Shown here piece after piece: positions 55,187-63,797 of a stretch of DNA of 64,000 nucleotides. Location of the stretch: IMG/VR virus record IMGVR_UViG_3300008952_000003, positions 96,001 to 160,000 of that record; one strand, 5' to 3'. This stretch comes from a virus. The notes beneath the pieces are model-generated. The model had not been told where the DNA came from. It saw only the letters and a list, made by a program, of their open reading frames with translations, and did no database searches. Position 1 is the stretch's first letter. Each line of letters opens with the position of its first letter. Position numbers and translations under genes: made by a program.

Positions 55187-55828
55187 ATGTCCACCATCAA
55201 GGGCTTGCATGCCAAAATAATTGCCGAGAACATAAAAGGGATTATGAAGAAAAAAGGATATGCCTTCTTTGAAAAGGGGTCTTACAACGTTAATATTGTT
55301 GGCGTAAGATCAAAAGAGAGAAAATCAAATAATTTTGATGATACGATCCTCTTAGTTTATAAAAATAAGAAAGAACAGTGGGAGGTAATATCTTCTGTAG
55401 CTACCACCGATCCTGGAAAATACTACCTTGTTGATAGCCCAGTAAATGATCGCGGTACTGCGATATTGGTCCCGAATCAATATAGGGGGATTTATCGCGT
55501 AGATATCCATGCAGCAAGTAATAAAAACTTTGCTCACGAGGCTCTGTGCCAGAGAGGCGGCGTGCTATCTGTGTGGCGTGATAATAATTTTGATGACATC
55601 TTGGATCACGACCCGGAGTCGATTGAGGAAGGTTGGTTTGGTGTGAATATTCATCGCAGCAAGTCTTCTGGTGCGGCAAATTATGTGGGCGCCTACTCCG
55701 CAGGATGCCAGGTTTTTAAAAATAGTACAAATTTTGATAACTTCATGAGTGTTGTTAATAAATCTAAAGATAAATATGGCAACAGTTTTACTTACACTCT
55801 TTTGGAAGAAGAGGATTTTGAGGACTAA
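55187..55828 (+). CDS. YkuD/L,D-transpeptidase-like cysteine peptidase, candidate endolysin
   Basis: TTDPG, GVNIHR-x11-YSAGCQVF (His...SxGC catalytic pattern). Confidence 0.55.
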   Translation: MSTIKGLHAKIIAENIKGIMKKKGYAFFEKGSYNVNIVGVRSKERKSNNFDDTILLVYKNKKEQWEVISSVATTDPGKYYLVDSPVNDRGTAILVPNQYRGIYRVDIHAASNKNFAHEALCQRGGVLSVWRDNNFDDILDHDPESIEEGWFGVNIHRSKSSGAANYVGAYSAGCQVFKNSTNFDNFMSVVNKSKDKYGNSFTYTLLEEEDFED

Positions 55829-55831
55829 TTA
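55824..55831 (+). promoter_or_regulatory. Late motif variant ACTAATTA
   Basis: 5 nt upstream of ATG 55837, no SD. Confidence 0.4.
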
Positions 55832-55836
55832 GTAGT

Positions 55837-57153
55837 ATGGACGAACTAGATCTATTAATCAAGAAAAGATATAAAAAACAAGACAGAATGGGTTCAGAAG
55901 AATTTGTTAAGTTTGTCGAAGAGACACTTGATAAATTCTATGATAGCTTGCCTCGCGCCACTATTCTGGCGGAAGGCGCCATCAATGAGGAATTCGAGAA
56001 GGGAAAAGAATTTCTATTGACTCTTCCAAAATTCGCACCCAATGAAAATTGGGGAAAGCCAGGGTCTGCCGACCGAGAGGCAGTCAATCGAATCTTTAAT
56101 GCTATCGGTGGTGACGCCACCCTCGAAGCAAAGTTGAATTTTTTAGCAACTATCGGAAAAGAAGAGTCGGGAATAACATCTCCACGTCGAATAATATCGA
56201 GCCTGATAATCCTAGAGTCTCTATCGTCTATATTGACAAGTTTCCAGCCATCACCAGCCGGCTTTGTATTTGAGGCTTTCCTGGCAGCACTTCTGAGAGG
56301 AGCACAAATCCCAGCAGCCAACGCCGACACGATCGCCGACTTGGAGGCATTCACTCATATCCCTTCTTCGGGCAATGCTCCAGCAAAAGTGCGAAAAGGA
56401 TTGTCGATAAGCCTTAAGTTGCTTGCTCCTGGGACGGCAATCGAGGGAAGCTACACTGACCTCATAGACTCCCTGAATAAAGCGGGCTCAATGACGTATG
56501 TGATCGCGAGGAAGGTAGGGGGAGTTCTTAAAATTGAATCTTTCGTATTCACTAGGGATAATTTCCTTAAAGCCATCAGCACGATGCAGAAGGGCACTAA
56601 ACTTAAGTCAACTGCTGGGCTCTTTACTCTTCCTGGAAAAACTGGCAAAGAATCTCTCGAATATCTTAACAGTCTGGACTGGCCCGAGAAGTACAGGGAG
56701 CTTCAAAAAACACCAGGTTACCGTGGCAAAGTTACCCCAACAGAGGAGAAGCCAGATAGAGATCCCGCGATCGAACCAACAGACAATCCCGACACTCAGT
56801 CTGTCACTACAGAGTCGCAAGAGCTTTTAGCCGAGTCATTGACCCAGTGGAGCGTTACCGGTGGTCAGCTTGACACGCTGGGCAAAGCCGTGGTCTATGG
56901 ACACCTGGCCGACCTGCCATATGCGCCAGAAAAGATTTATAAAATTGCTGAAATGAGAATGAAGGCTCTCGATGCTACATTGTTGGATCTCTTTTCCGCA
57001 ACAAAAAGCTTGTCCGATAATGTAAATTTGTATTTCTCCGAAGAGCATCGCAATAATGCGATCAGTGCTGGACAGTCTGCTATATCGGACACTACCAGAA
57101 TTGCTGAGAACTTGAAATCTGGAATTGCAAAAGATAAAAAAGAAGTAAATTAG
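55837..57153 (+). CDS. Hypothetical protein with possible PD-(D/E)xK nuclease core
   Basis: GFVFEAFLAALL...IAD...SISLKLL pattern (E, D, SxK). Confidence 0.45.
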   Translation: MDELDLLIKKRYKKQDRMGSEEFVKFVEETLDKFYDSLPRATILAEGAINEEFEKGKEFLLTLPKFAPNENWGKPGSADREAVNRIFNAIGGDATLEAKLNFLATIGKEESGITSPRRIISSLIILESLSSILTSFQPSPAGFVFEAFLAALLRGAQIPAANADTIADLEAFTHIPSSGNAPAKVRKGLSISLKLLAPGTAIEGSYTDLIDSLNKAGSMTYVIARKVGGVLKIESFVFTRDNFLKAISTMQKGTKLKSTAGLFTLPGKTGKESLEYLNSLDWPEKYRELQKTPGYRGKVTPTEEKPDRDPAIEPTDNPDTQSVTTESQELLAESLTQWSVTGGQLDTLGKAVVYGHLADLPYAPEKIYKIAEMRMKALDATLLDLFSATKSLSDNVNLYFSEEHRNNAISAGQSAISDTTRIAENLKSGIAKDKKEVN

Positions 57154-57156
57154 TCC

Positions 57157-57185
57157 TTGACATTTAGTTCAAATGTGTTTATAAT
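57157..57185 (+). promoter_or_regulatory. Sigma70-type promoter for groEL
   Basis: TTGACA-17-TATAAT. Confidence 0.85.
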
Positions 57186-57215
57186 ATAGTATACAAGACT
57201 TTTACGAGGTGTGAT

Positions 57216-58784
57216 TTGAAAAAACATTATGATTCTGGTTCCGAGATGAGTCAGCGTATCTTGGCTGGCGTCAATAAGCTAGCAGATAACGTGGCTTCCA
57301 CTCTGGGCCCAAGAGGCAGAAACGTCATATTGCAAGAAAAGAATAAGCGCCCCATTATCACAAAAGATGGCGTTACGGTCGCAGGCTTTGTTGACCTTGA
57401 AGATCCTATCGAGAATGTGGGCGCCCAGATAATCAAGCAGGCAGCAGAACAAACCAACTCTGATGCTGGTGACGGAACTACTACTGCCACGGTTCTTTCG
57501 AGAGCAATATTGAACGGGGCACAAAAGTATATATCATCTGGAGTACCTCCCATCGAGCTTCAGAGAGGAATAGAGAGGGCTGTACAGTCGATGGTGGAAA
57601 ACCTCGACGCCGCCAGCCGCCCGATTATGTCCGAGGATGATATTGCCCACGTGGCCACGATATCTGCAAATAACGATAAGCAAATTGGAAAACTCATAGC
57701 CCAGGCTGTATCTGCCGCTGGTAAGGACGGTGCGATAACTGTCGAAGAGGCCAGATCGTTTCAGACTAGTTTGGATTTGGTCGAGGGATTCAGGATGGAT
57801 GCTGGCTATGCAGCCAGTGCCTTCATTACTGATGAGCGCCGCCGCGCAGTCCTATACGAGGATCCAATGATCCTGGTTACAGATGAAAAAATTGATAATG
57901 TACATGATATTCTTCCCATTTTGGAACTCGCCGCACGCGAAGCTCGTCCTCTAATCTTTGTTGCTAGCGAGGTAGAGGGGCAAGCTCTCGCCGCGATGAT
58001 CGTTAATGCCCTCAAGGGCACACTAAAGGTCGCCGCGATAAAGGCCCCAAGATACGGAGAGGAACGCAAGAATATCTTAAGTGATCTGGCGCTCTCTACG
58101 GGAGCAACCTTGATCACACGGTCAAGCGGGAAAAGATTAAAAGATGCTAAACTAGTGGACTTTGGAAGTGCATCGAGAGTGGACATCACCAGGGCGCAAA
58201 CGACGATCGTCGGCGGAAATGGTGATCCAACTATGACTGAGATTAGAATTAATAGCCTTAAGGAAGAGTTGGTTGGTGAAGATAATCTGCATGAGTGCGA
58301 GAAGATACAGGACCGGATTTCACGTTTGGCCAGTGGTATCGCTATAATAAGAGTTGGTGCGTCTACGGAGATTGAAATGGTTGAGAAGAAGCACCGCATC
58401 GAAGATGCTCTTGAGGCAGTTCGCTCGGCCCAGATGGAGGGGATCGTAGAGGGTGGCGGCATCGCACTTCTCCGCGCCTCCACTGCGTTGAATGTGGAGG
58501 TCGAGAACCCGGACCAGGCGCTCGGTATTGAGATTATTAAGCAAGCTTCGCAGGCCCCGCTTCGGCAGATGGCAACTAATGCAGGCAGATCACCCGACAT
58601 CATTTGTCAACTTGTTTTGGAGTCGAACATCGGCGACGGCTACGATTTTATAACTGACTCCATCGTACATATGATTGATTCTGGAATAATAGATCCAGTG
58701 AGGGTTACTAAGAAAGCCCTTCAGAACGCGGCATCTGTATCTGGAACCCTGATAACAACAAATTGTGCTGTGATTGAGGAGTGA
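57216..58784 (+). CDS. groEL: Chaperonin GroEL
   Basis: STLGPRGRNV, ITKDGVTVA, GDGTTTATVL, EEA, KAPRYGEERK, RLASGIAIIRVG, GIIDPVRVT; no GGM tail. Confidence 0.95.
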   Translation: MKKHYDSGSEMSQRILAGVNKLADNVASTLGPRGRNVILQEKNKRPIITKDGVTVAGFVDLEDPIENVGAQIIKQAAEQTNSDAGDGTTTATVLSRAILNGAQKYISSGVPPIELQRGIERAVQSMVENLDAASRPIMSEDDIAHVATISANNDKQIGKLIAQAVSAAGKDGAITVEEARSFQTSLDLVEGFRMDAGYAASAFITDERRRAVLYEDPMILVTDEKIDNVHDILPILELAAREARPLIFVASEVEGQALAAMIVNALKGTLKVAAIKAPRYGEERKNILSDLALSTGATLITRSSGKRLKDAKLVDFGSASRVDITRAQTTIVGGNGDPTMTEIRINSLKEELVGEDNLHECEKIQDRISRLASGIAIIRVGASTEIEMVEKKHRIEDALEAVRSAQMEGIVEGGGIALLRASTALNVEVENPDQALGIEIIKQASQAPLRQMATNAGRSPDIICQLVLESNIGDGYDFITDSIVHMIDSGIIDPVRVTKKALQNAASVSGTLITTNCAVIEE

Positions 58785-58820
58785 GCCGCTAGTTAATACA
58801 ATCAAGCGGAGGAACGCAGA

Positions 58821-59093
58821 ATGTCAGAAGAAGAAATTAAAATAGATATTGTTGAGCTAGGCGGAAAGATAGATAGAATGATAGATAACTTGCACGCCGT
58901 TCGCGAAAGGTGTGACGAGATAGCAGTGTGTGTGAACAAGGTAAAGAAAGCGGTATACGAGCCAGATCAGGGATTGTATGCCAGACTAAGAGAGTTAGAG
59001 CAGTGGAAAGACCAGGCATCTAGGTTCCTCTGGGTCATCACGACATCTTTGATTGGTTTGATTACCGCGACAGTTTATAAAGCACTTTTTTAG
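58821..59093 (+). CDS. Holin/XhlA-like protein (coiled coil plus single C-terminal TM)
   Basis: GLYARLRELEQWK followed by FLWVITTSLIGLITATVY; GCTAGTTA late-like motif at 58788-58795. Confidence 0.45.
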   Translation: MSEEEIKIDIVELGGKIDRMIDNLHAVRERCDEIAVCVNKVKKAVYEPDQGLYARLRELEQWKDQASRFLWVITTSLIGLITATVYKALF

Positions 59094-59110
59094 GATACAA
59101 ATGAGAGGTA

Positions 59111-59413
59111 GTGATGAGGGTTAATATAACTTATTCTGTAGATTTGGAGGACATTCCAATCGAAATAGATAAATTATTGCAAGAGAATAGGGAATTGTTA
59201 AATAAAATAATTGAGGATTTAGAATCTGTTTCTGGAAAGAATCCTCTTGAAATCATAGAACTAATTAATACTTCGCGAGAATCCCTTGCGGTAGTTGACG
59301 TAAGATTGTCGGAGTGCAATAACATCTTGTCGGGATTTATAGACATTCGAGCAAGGGGAGTTAACCAACAATTTATAGAAGTCGAGGAGGGCTCCCCAGA
59401 TGGCCCCATTTAA
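59111..59413 (+). CDS. Hypothetical protein
   Basis: GAGG SD; 100 aa. Confidence 0.6.
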   Translation: MMRVNITYSVDLEDIPIEIDKLLQENRELLNKIIEDLESVSGKNPLEIIELINTSRESLAVVDVRLSECNNILSGFIDIRARGVNQQFIEVEEGSPDGPI

Positions 59414-59642
59414 AGAAGGGGAGTATGTTCACATCCCTGCAGGAGTGGTGGCTTACAATTTAGACGACACTGGCGATGTTGTGTCCTATTTTAAATCACA
59501 AGAGCCGCTCGTGTTGATGTATCTGGGCCACCGCCTCGATCCGAAATTCACGGGCTCCGAAATGTGTGATGTTTTTTACGAGGGGAAGGTTTACTCTGTT
59601 ATAGAGGAAAATGTCTATGAAGTGAGGGGGGAAAGTGAGTAA
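59400..59642 (+). CDS. Hypothetical protein
   Basis: Overlaps neighbours in operon fashion; GGAGG SD. Confidence 0.55.
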   Translation: MAPFKEGEYVHIPAGVVAYNLDDTGDVVSYFKSQEPLVLMYLGHRLDPKFTGSEMCDVFYEGKVYSVIEENVYEVRGESE

Positions 59643-59934
59643 TACTGTTAAATTTATTGAAATTTATAATCGATCGGGCGGAGGCACAATCCGAGATTAT
59701 AGTCTGAGAACAATTTATATTAATCCTGATCACGTGATCTCCCTAGTGGAGGACAGTAGGACTGCTAGGCTACTCCACGAGGGCGCCCTCCCCGACGATC
59801 TTGATCAAAGGCAGCAATTTACTAATATATCTTTGAATGTTGGGGTCAGCGGGCAATCCATTGTAGTCGTAGGGCCTATTAGTGAGATCCACCATAAACT
59901 TTATGAAAGCAATAAAACACTACTGAAAGGATAA
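59635..59934 (+). CDS. Hypothetical protein (weak FlbD-like IYINPDHVISL motif)
   Basis: Operon packing; motif resemblance only. Confidence 0.5.
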   Translation: MSNTVKFIEIYNRSGGGTIRDYSLRTIYINPDHVISLVEDSRTARLLHEGALPDDLDQRQQFTNISLNVGVSGQSIVVVGPISEIHHKLYESNKTLLKG

Positions 59935-59937
59935 AAA

Positions 59938-60360
59938 ATGGAAATCCCTTGTAAGTTCGAGTCGGTCACTCAATGGCATGGCACCTCGTTGGGCGGCGAA
60001 ACAAAACTAGGTCGATATGACGGAACAAACCTGAATATCAAAGGCCTTGGGTATGAGAAGTGGGCCTTGGTTGCCAATATCTTAATGGACAAGCCAATCC
60101 AGGAATATTTAGAGCGTGGCTTGACCGAAAAACAAGTCGTCGATGGATGCTTGGAGTTCTTGAACAAGCCTCCCACAAAGCGAGCCCGCAAGCCAAAGTA
60201 TGGCAGGTTGGATTGTCGCTATTTTAAGGTCTTGAGTGACAAGATAACCATGTCACTGACGACAACAGAAAGAAATAGCAAATACTTCTGGGGTCGCGGC
60301 TCTAAGTCCCAAGAACCCAGGAAGATGTCTAAGCGCGGCCGACCAAGGAATCGCAAGTGA
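59938..60360 (+). CDS. Hypothetical basic protein
   Basis: 140 aa; operon packing. Confidence 0.55.
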   Translation: MEIPCKFESVTQWHGTSLGGETKLGRYDGTNLNIKGLGYEKWALVANILMDKPIQEYLERGLTEKQVVDGCLEFLNKPPTKRARKPKYGRLDCRYFKVLSDKITMSLTTTERNSKYFWGRGSKSQEPRKMSKRGRPRNRK

Positions 60361-60806
60361 GCAATAGTAAAATGGTGCGATCACACTTGAGGCAGCTTGA
60401 GTGGTATTTGCTAGACAGATATGACGTTCACGTATCATTCGAGAAGGACGGAACGGATGAGTATTGGTACGATCCAGAAAATCTTGAAGAAGACAAGGGG
60501 GTGATATCCATAAATTCATCAAAGACTCTGATGCACCAGCTTTATGTTTTACTCCACGAGTCGGGTCATGTAATTTTGAGAGCAGATCCGACCGCCTTCA
60601 AGGAGGAGTTCCCTGATTCCTGTAGGAACACGCTTCCGGGCCGTCTGGAGATATTGAGAGAGGAAGTTCTTGCTTGGGACAAGGCAGGGGAAGTTGCCGA
60701 GCGGTTGGATATAAAGATCAATCAATGCACCTGGAAGGAGAACTACCGGGATGCTTTAGAGAAGTATGTTAGATGGGTATTGGATGGAGATGATGATGAG
60801 AAATAG
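60357..60806 (+). CDS. HExxH metallopeptidase (ImmA/IrrE-like)
   Basis: LYVLLHESGH followed by EEVLAW..A. Confidence 0.6.
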   Translation: MSNSKMVRSHLRQLEWYLLDRYDVHVSFEKDGTDEYWYDPENLEEDKGVISINSSKTLMHQLYVLLHESGHVILRADPTAFKEEFPDSCRNTLPGRLEILREEVLAWDKAGEVAERLDIKINQCTWKENYRDALEKYVRWVLDGDDDEK

Positions 60807-63459
60807 ATTTGTTGAGTTGTTTATGTTGCTAGCCTTGGTGCTAAGCTCGGCCTGTAGCGAATATGAAATAGAGGTAATAGAGACAGAGGTTATCCCTGGT
60901 CCGCCACATTTCACAGACCCGCCAGATGGCAAGTGGTTACCCCCTCAGAAGGATTTTGAAATCCCAGATGGGCCCCTGGAGCTTGGAGACCCACTGCTCC
61001 CCGATATTGACCTGAGCTTCATTCAGTATGATTTTGGCACACACGAGTTATCGGACCCCCCAGTCTCAATCGGTCTTGAAATTAGGAACCTCGGGGACTA
61101 TCCCTTGCGGATAGGCAGTATCGATCAGACATCTATTTCAAAATCTTTCACTCTTTCATCGCTATTGAATAATGAGATACAACCTGGCGCCATGGAGGTT
61201 CTCGACATCACATATGATGGAGAAAAGCATGGCCCCGACGGTGATATGATAAAGATAGAATCAAACGATCCAGATGAGCCCTCCGTGGTTGTCCTGGTCG
61301 CAGCTAACGGTGCAACTCCTATTTTAGAGATTGATCCATTAGCGTTTGATTTTGGCCCAGTAGACCCCCTCAATTCTCCCGTCACGACATTCATAGACTT
61401 GACAAATGTCGGCGACGGCGTTTTGGAAATATCAAAGATAGAGGAGTTAAAGTCAAATTTGGACATCAGTATCACTTCCTATCCATCCACTAAACTATCC
61501 CCAGGCCAAGCCACATCCATGCAGGTGTCATATTATCCTATCGACTCTGGAAAGGATATTGAAAAGATAAAAATTACAAGCAATGATCCGAACGATCCTG
61601 TTCAAAAAATCACACTCAAAGGCGAATCAGCCGACCCAGATATCGATGCCCCCTCTCAGGTAGATTTTGGAACCCTGGAGTTGTCGAACTCCCTGGTAAA
61701 GACGGTCGATATTAAAAATGTCGGAGCAGGGATACTTCGTGTCACCGGAATTTCTTTTCCGCAAAGTACCGCAGCCTTCTCCATTATAAAGGGTTTTTCT
61801 GGTGATATCCTCCCAGGAAATTCCGAACCGATAGAGGTTCAATACTCACCAGATGATTATCTTTCTGATGCGTCCAGTTTGCAGATCTCTTCCAATGACC
61901 CGGCGACACCAGCGCATTCGATATCTCTGATTGGGTCTGTAGGCGTACCGGAAATAGAAATTGACCCATTCAGTATCGATTTTGGCAATGTAAACGTCTA
62001 TGGGGTTCCCCCGACAGAGAAAATTAAAATATCCAATGTCGGAACTGGAAATTTATCACTGGCACCAGTGTCGCTGAAGGGTGGCCTCCCATTTTCGTGG
62101 ACGCTAATAAGCAATTCTCTAGCCCCTGGAATGTCTGTTGACTTGGAGGTGACGTATAGTCCATCATCTTATTCTCCGTCCTCGGACGAATTGTTGATAG
62201 GCTCCAATGACCCCACCCAACCTCTAACAACTGTCCCTTTGATCGGCTGGGGCTCTGCTCCACAGTTGGAGATATATCCAGACCCGTATGATTTTGGATC
62301 CTCATATCTTGAGTGTGGCATTGAGAAAGTCATAGATTTAAAGAACGTGGGTGATGCAGACTTAGAGATCTCAAAGGTAGAATACTTCACGTCGTTCCCT
62401 AGCCACTTTACTATTGATTATGATTACGCAGCAAACGGCCAGTTTCCATGGGTTGTCTCTCCTGGGTCATTCTATTCTGTGTATATTGAGTATCTACCAA
62501 TGGCTGCAGCAACGACCGATTCTTCTTTCGTAAAAGTTCACTCCAACGATCCCCAGAATCCACAAATGCTCTCTTATCAATATGGGGTGGGAGATTATTA
62601 TTCTTCTGTGATGGACACCTACACCCAGGACACAGTTATGATGTCTGATATTCTATTTATAATAGATAATTCCTGTTCTATGTCAACGTGGCAGACACAT
62701 GTGGCTACAAATTTTGATTCTTTTATAACTGTGTTTAAAAATTCTGGAGTTGATTATCATATAGCCATCATAACTACTGATGATCCCTCTTTCACAGGGC
62801 CCATCATCGACAACTCCACGATTGATCCGATCGCAGAGTTTAAAACCCAGGCACAAGTGGGGACATATGGCTCCGGTCACGAGCGCGGCCTCGATATGGC
62901 TTATGGCGCCTTACAACCCGGAGGTGACGCCGCACCCGGCTCTTCTTTCGAACGCACCGATGCGAAGATGTCGCTTATCTTTGTTTCCGATGAGCCGGAT
63001 TACTCTTATGAACTTTCCACGCCCCTTGATTATTCATCCTATTTTACAGGAGTAAAGCTCAACTCTTCGAAGATCGTGTCCCATGCTGTGAGTGGGGACT
63101 GTCCAAGCGGCTGCTCGATGCCCTATACTTCTTCGACTGGGTACACGTACAATAAATATGCATCCTGTAATTACGATTATATTGATGTTGTCAGTGATAT
63201 GGGGGGCACACAACTATCATTGTGTGATACAGACTGGGGCCTGAAGATGGAGACGTTGGCAAAAGACTCCATCATTAAATCCTCTTTTGAATTATCGGAT
63301 ATCCCTATTGCGACCACTATTGAGGTATTGGTCGACGGCTCACTCACGGGAAACTGGACATACGACCCGCTCATCAACAGCGTCATATTTGATCCAGGAA
63401 GTATTCCAGTTGCAGGAAGCATCATTGATATTAGTTACAATATTTTAGGAGGTTGTTGA
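60796..63459 (+). CDS. Lipoprotein with five tandem Ig-like (choice-of-anchor D/Hydin-type) domains and a C-terminal VWA domain
   Basis: Lipobox SSAC; five xSNDP-ending repeats with F(D/G)FG and I.N.G...L; MIDAS DNSCSM, TTD, SDEPD. Start probably ATG 60796. Confidence 0.75.
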   Translation: MRNRFVELFMLLALVLSSACSEYEIEVIETEVIPGPPHFTDPPDGKWLPPQKDFEIPDGPLELGDPLLPDIDLSFIQYDFGTHELSDPPVSIGLEIRNLGDYPLRIGSIDQTSISKSFTLSSLLNNEIQPGAMEVLDITYDGEKHGPDGDMIKIESNDPDEPSVVVLVAANGATPILEIDPLAFDFGPVDPLNSPVTTFIDLTNVGDGVLEISKIEELKSNLDISITSYPSTKLSPGQATSMQVSYYPIDSGKDIEKIKITSNDPNDPVQKITLKGESADPDIDAPSQVDFGTLELSNSLVKTVDIKNVGAGILRVTGISFPQSTAAFSIIKGFSGDILPGNSEPIEVQYSPDDYLSDASSLQISSNDPATPAHSISLIGSVGVPEIEIDPFSIDFGNVNVYGVPPTEKIKISNVGTGNLSLAPVSLKGGLPFSWTLISNSLAPGMSVDLEVTYSPSSYSPSSDELLIGSNDPTQPLTTVPLIGWGSAPQLEIYPDPYDFGSSYLECGIEKVIDLKNVGDADLEISKVEYFTSFPSHFTIDYDYAANGQFPWVVSPGSFYSVYIEYLPMAAATTDSSFVKVHSNDPQNPQMLSYQYGVGDYYSSVMDTYTQDTVMMSDILFIIDNSCSMSTWQTHVATNFDSFITVFKNSGVDYHIAIITTDDPSFTGPIIDNSTIDPIAEFKTQAQVGTYGSGHERGLDMAYGALQPGGDAAPGSSFERTDAKMSLIFVSDEPDYSYELSTPLDYSSYFTGVKLNSSKIVSHAVSGDCPSGCSMPYTSSTGYTYNKYASCNYDYIDVVSDMGGTQLSLCDTDWGLKMETLAKDSIIKSSFELSDIPIATTIEVLVDGSLTGNWTYDPLINSVIFDPGSIPVAGSIIDISYNILGGC

Positions 63460-63461
63460 TA

Positions 63462-63797
63462 ATGGAGAAAATAGAAAAACCATGGGGATTTGAAATAATC
63501 TGGGCCAAGACTGATAGTTATGTTGGAAAATTGCTACACATAACTTCCGGCTCACGACTGTCCAGGCAGTACCATGTCGAGAAGGAAGAGACGATTTACG
63601 TTTTGACGGGAGTTTTGTATAATTACGATAGAGACGGAAACGTCCAAAGAATACTTCCAGGGGAATCGTTTCACGTTCGCCCACGACAAATTCATAGATT
63701 CGCCGCAATGGAAGAATCGAACGTAGAGTTGATTGAGGTCAGCACGAATCATCTCGATGATGTGGTCCGACTCGCCGATGATTACAAGAGGGTCTAG
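63462..63797 (+). CDS. Cupin-domain protein (mannose-6-phosphate isomerase C-terminal-like)
   Basis: EKPWG, LSRQYH..K.ET.YVL.G, HRF, EVST; AGGAGG SD. Confidence 0.8.
   Translation: MEKIEKPWGFEIIWAKTDSYVGKLLHITSGSRLSRQYHVEKEETIYVLTGVLYNYDRDGNVQRILPGESFHVRPRQIHRFAAMEESNVELIEVSTNHLDDVVRLADDYKRV

Noticed and set aside
57806-58603. 265-aa antisense ORF
   Set aside because: Lies opposite groEL; expected shadow ORF from codon bias, with no SD or motifs.
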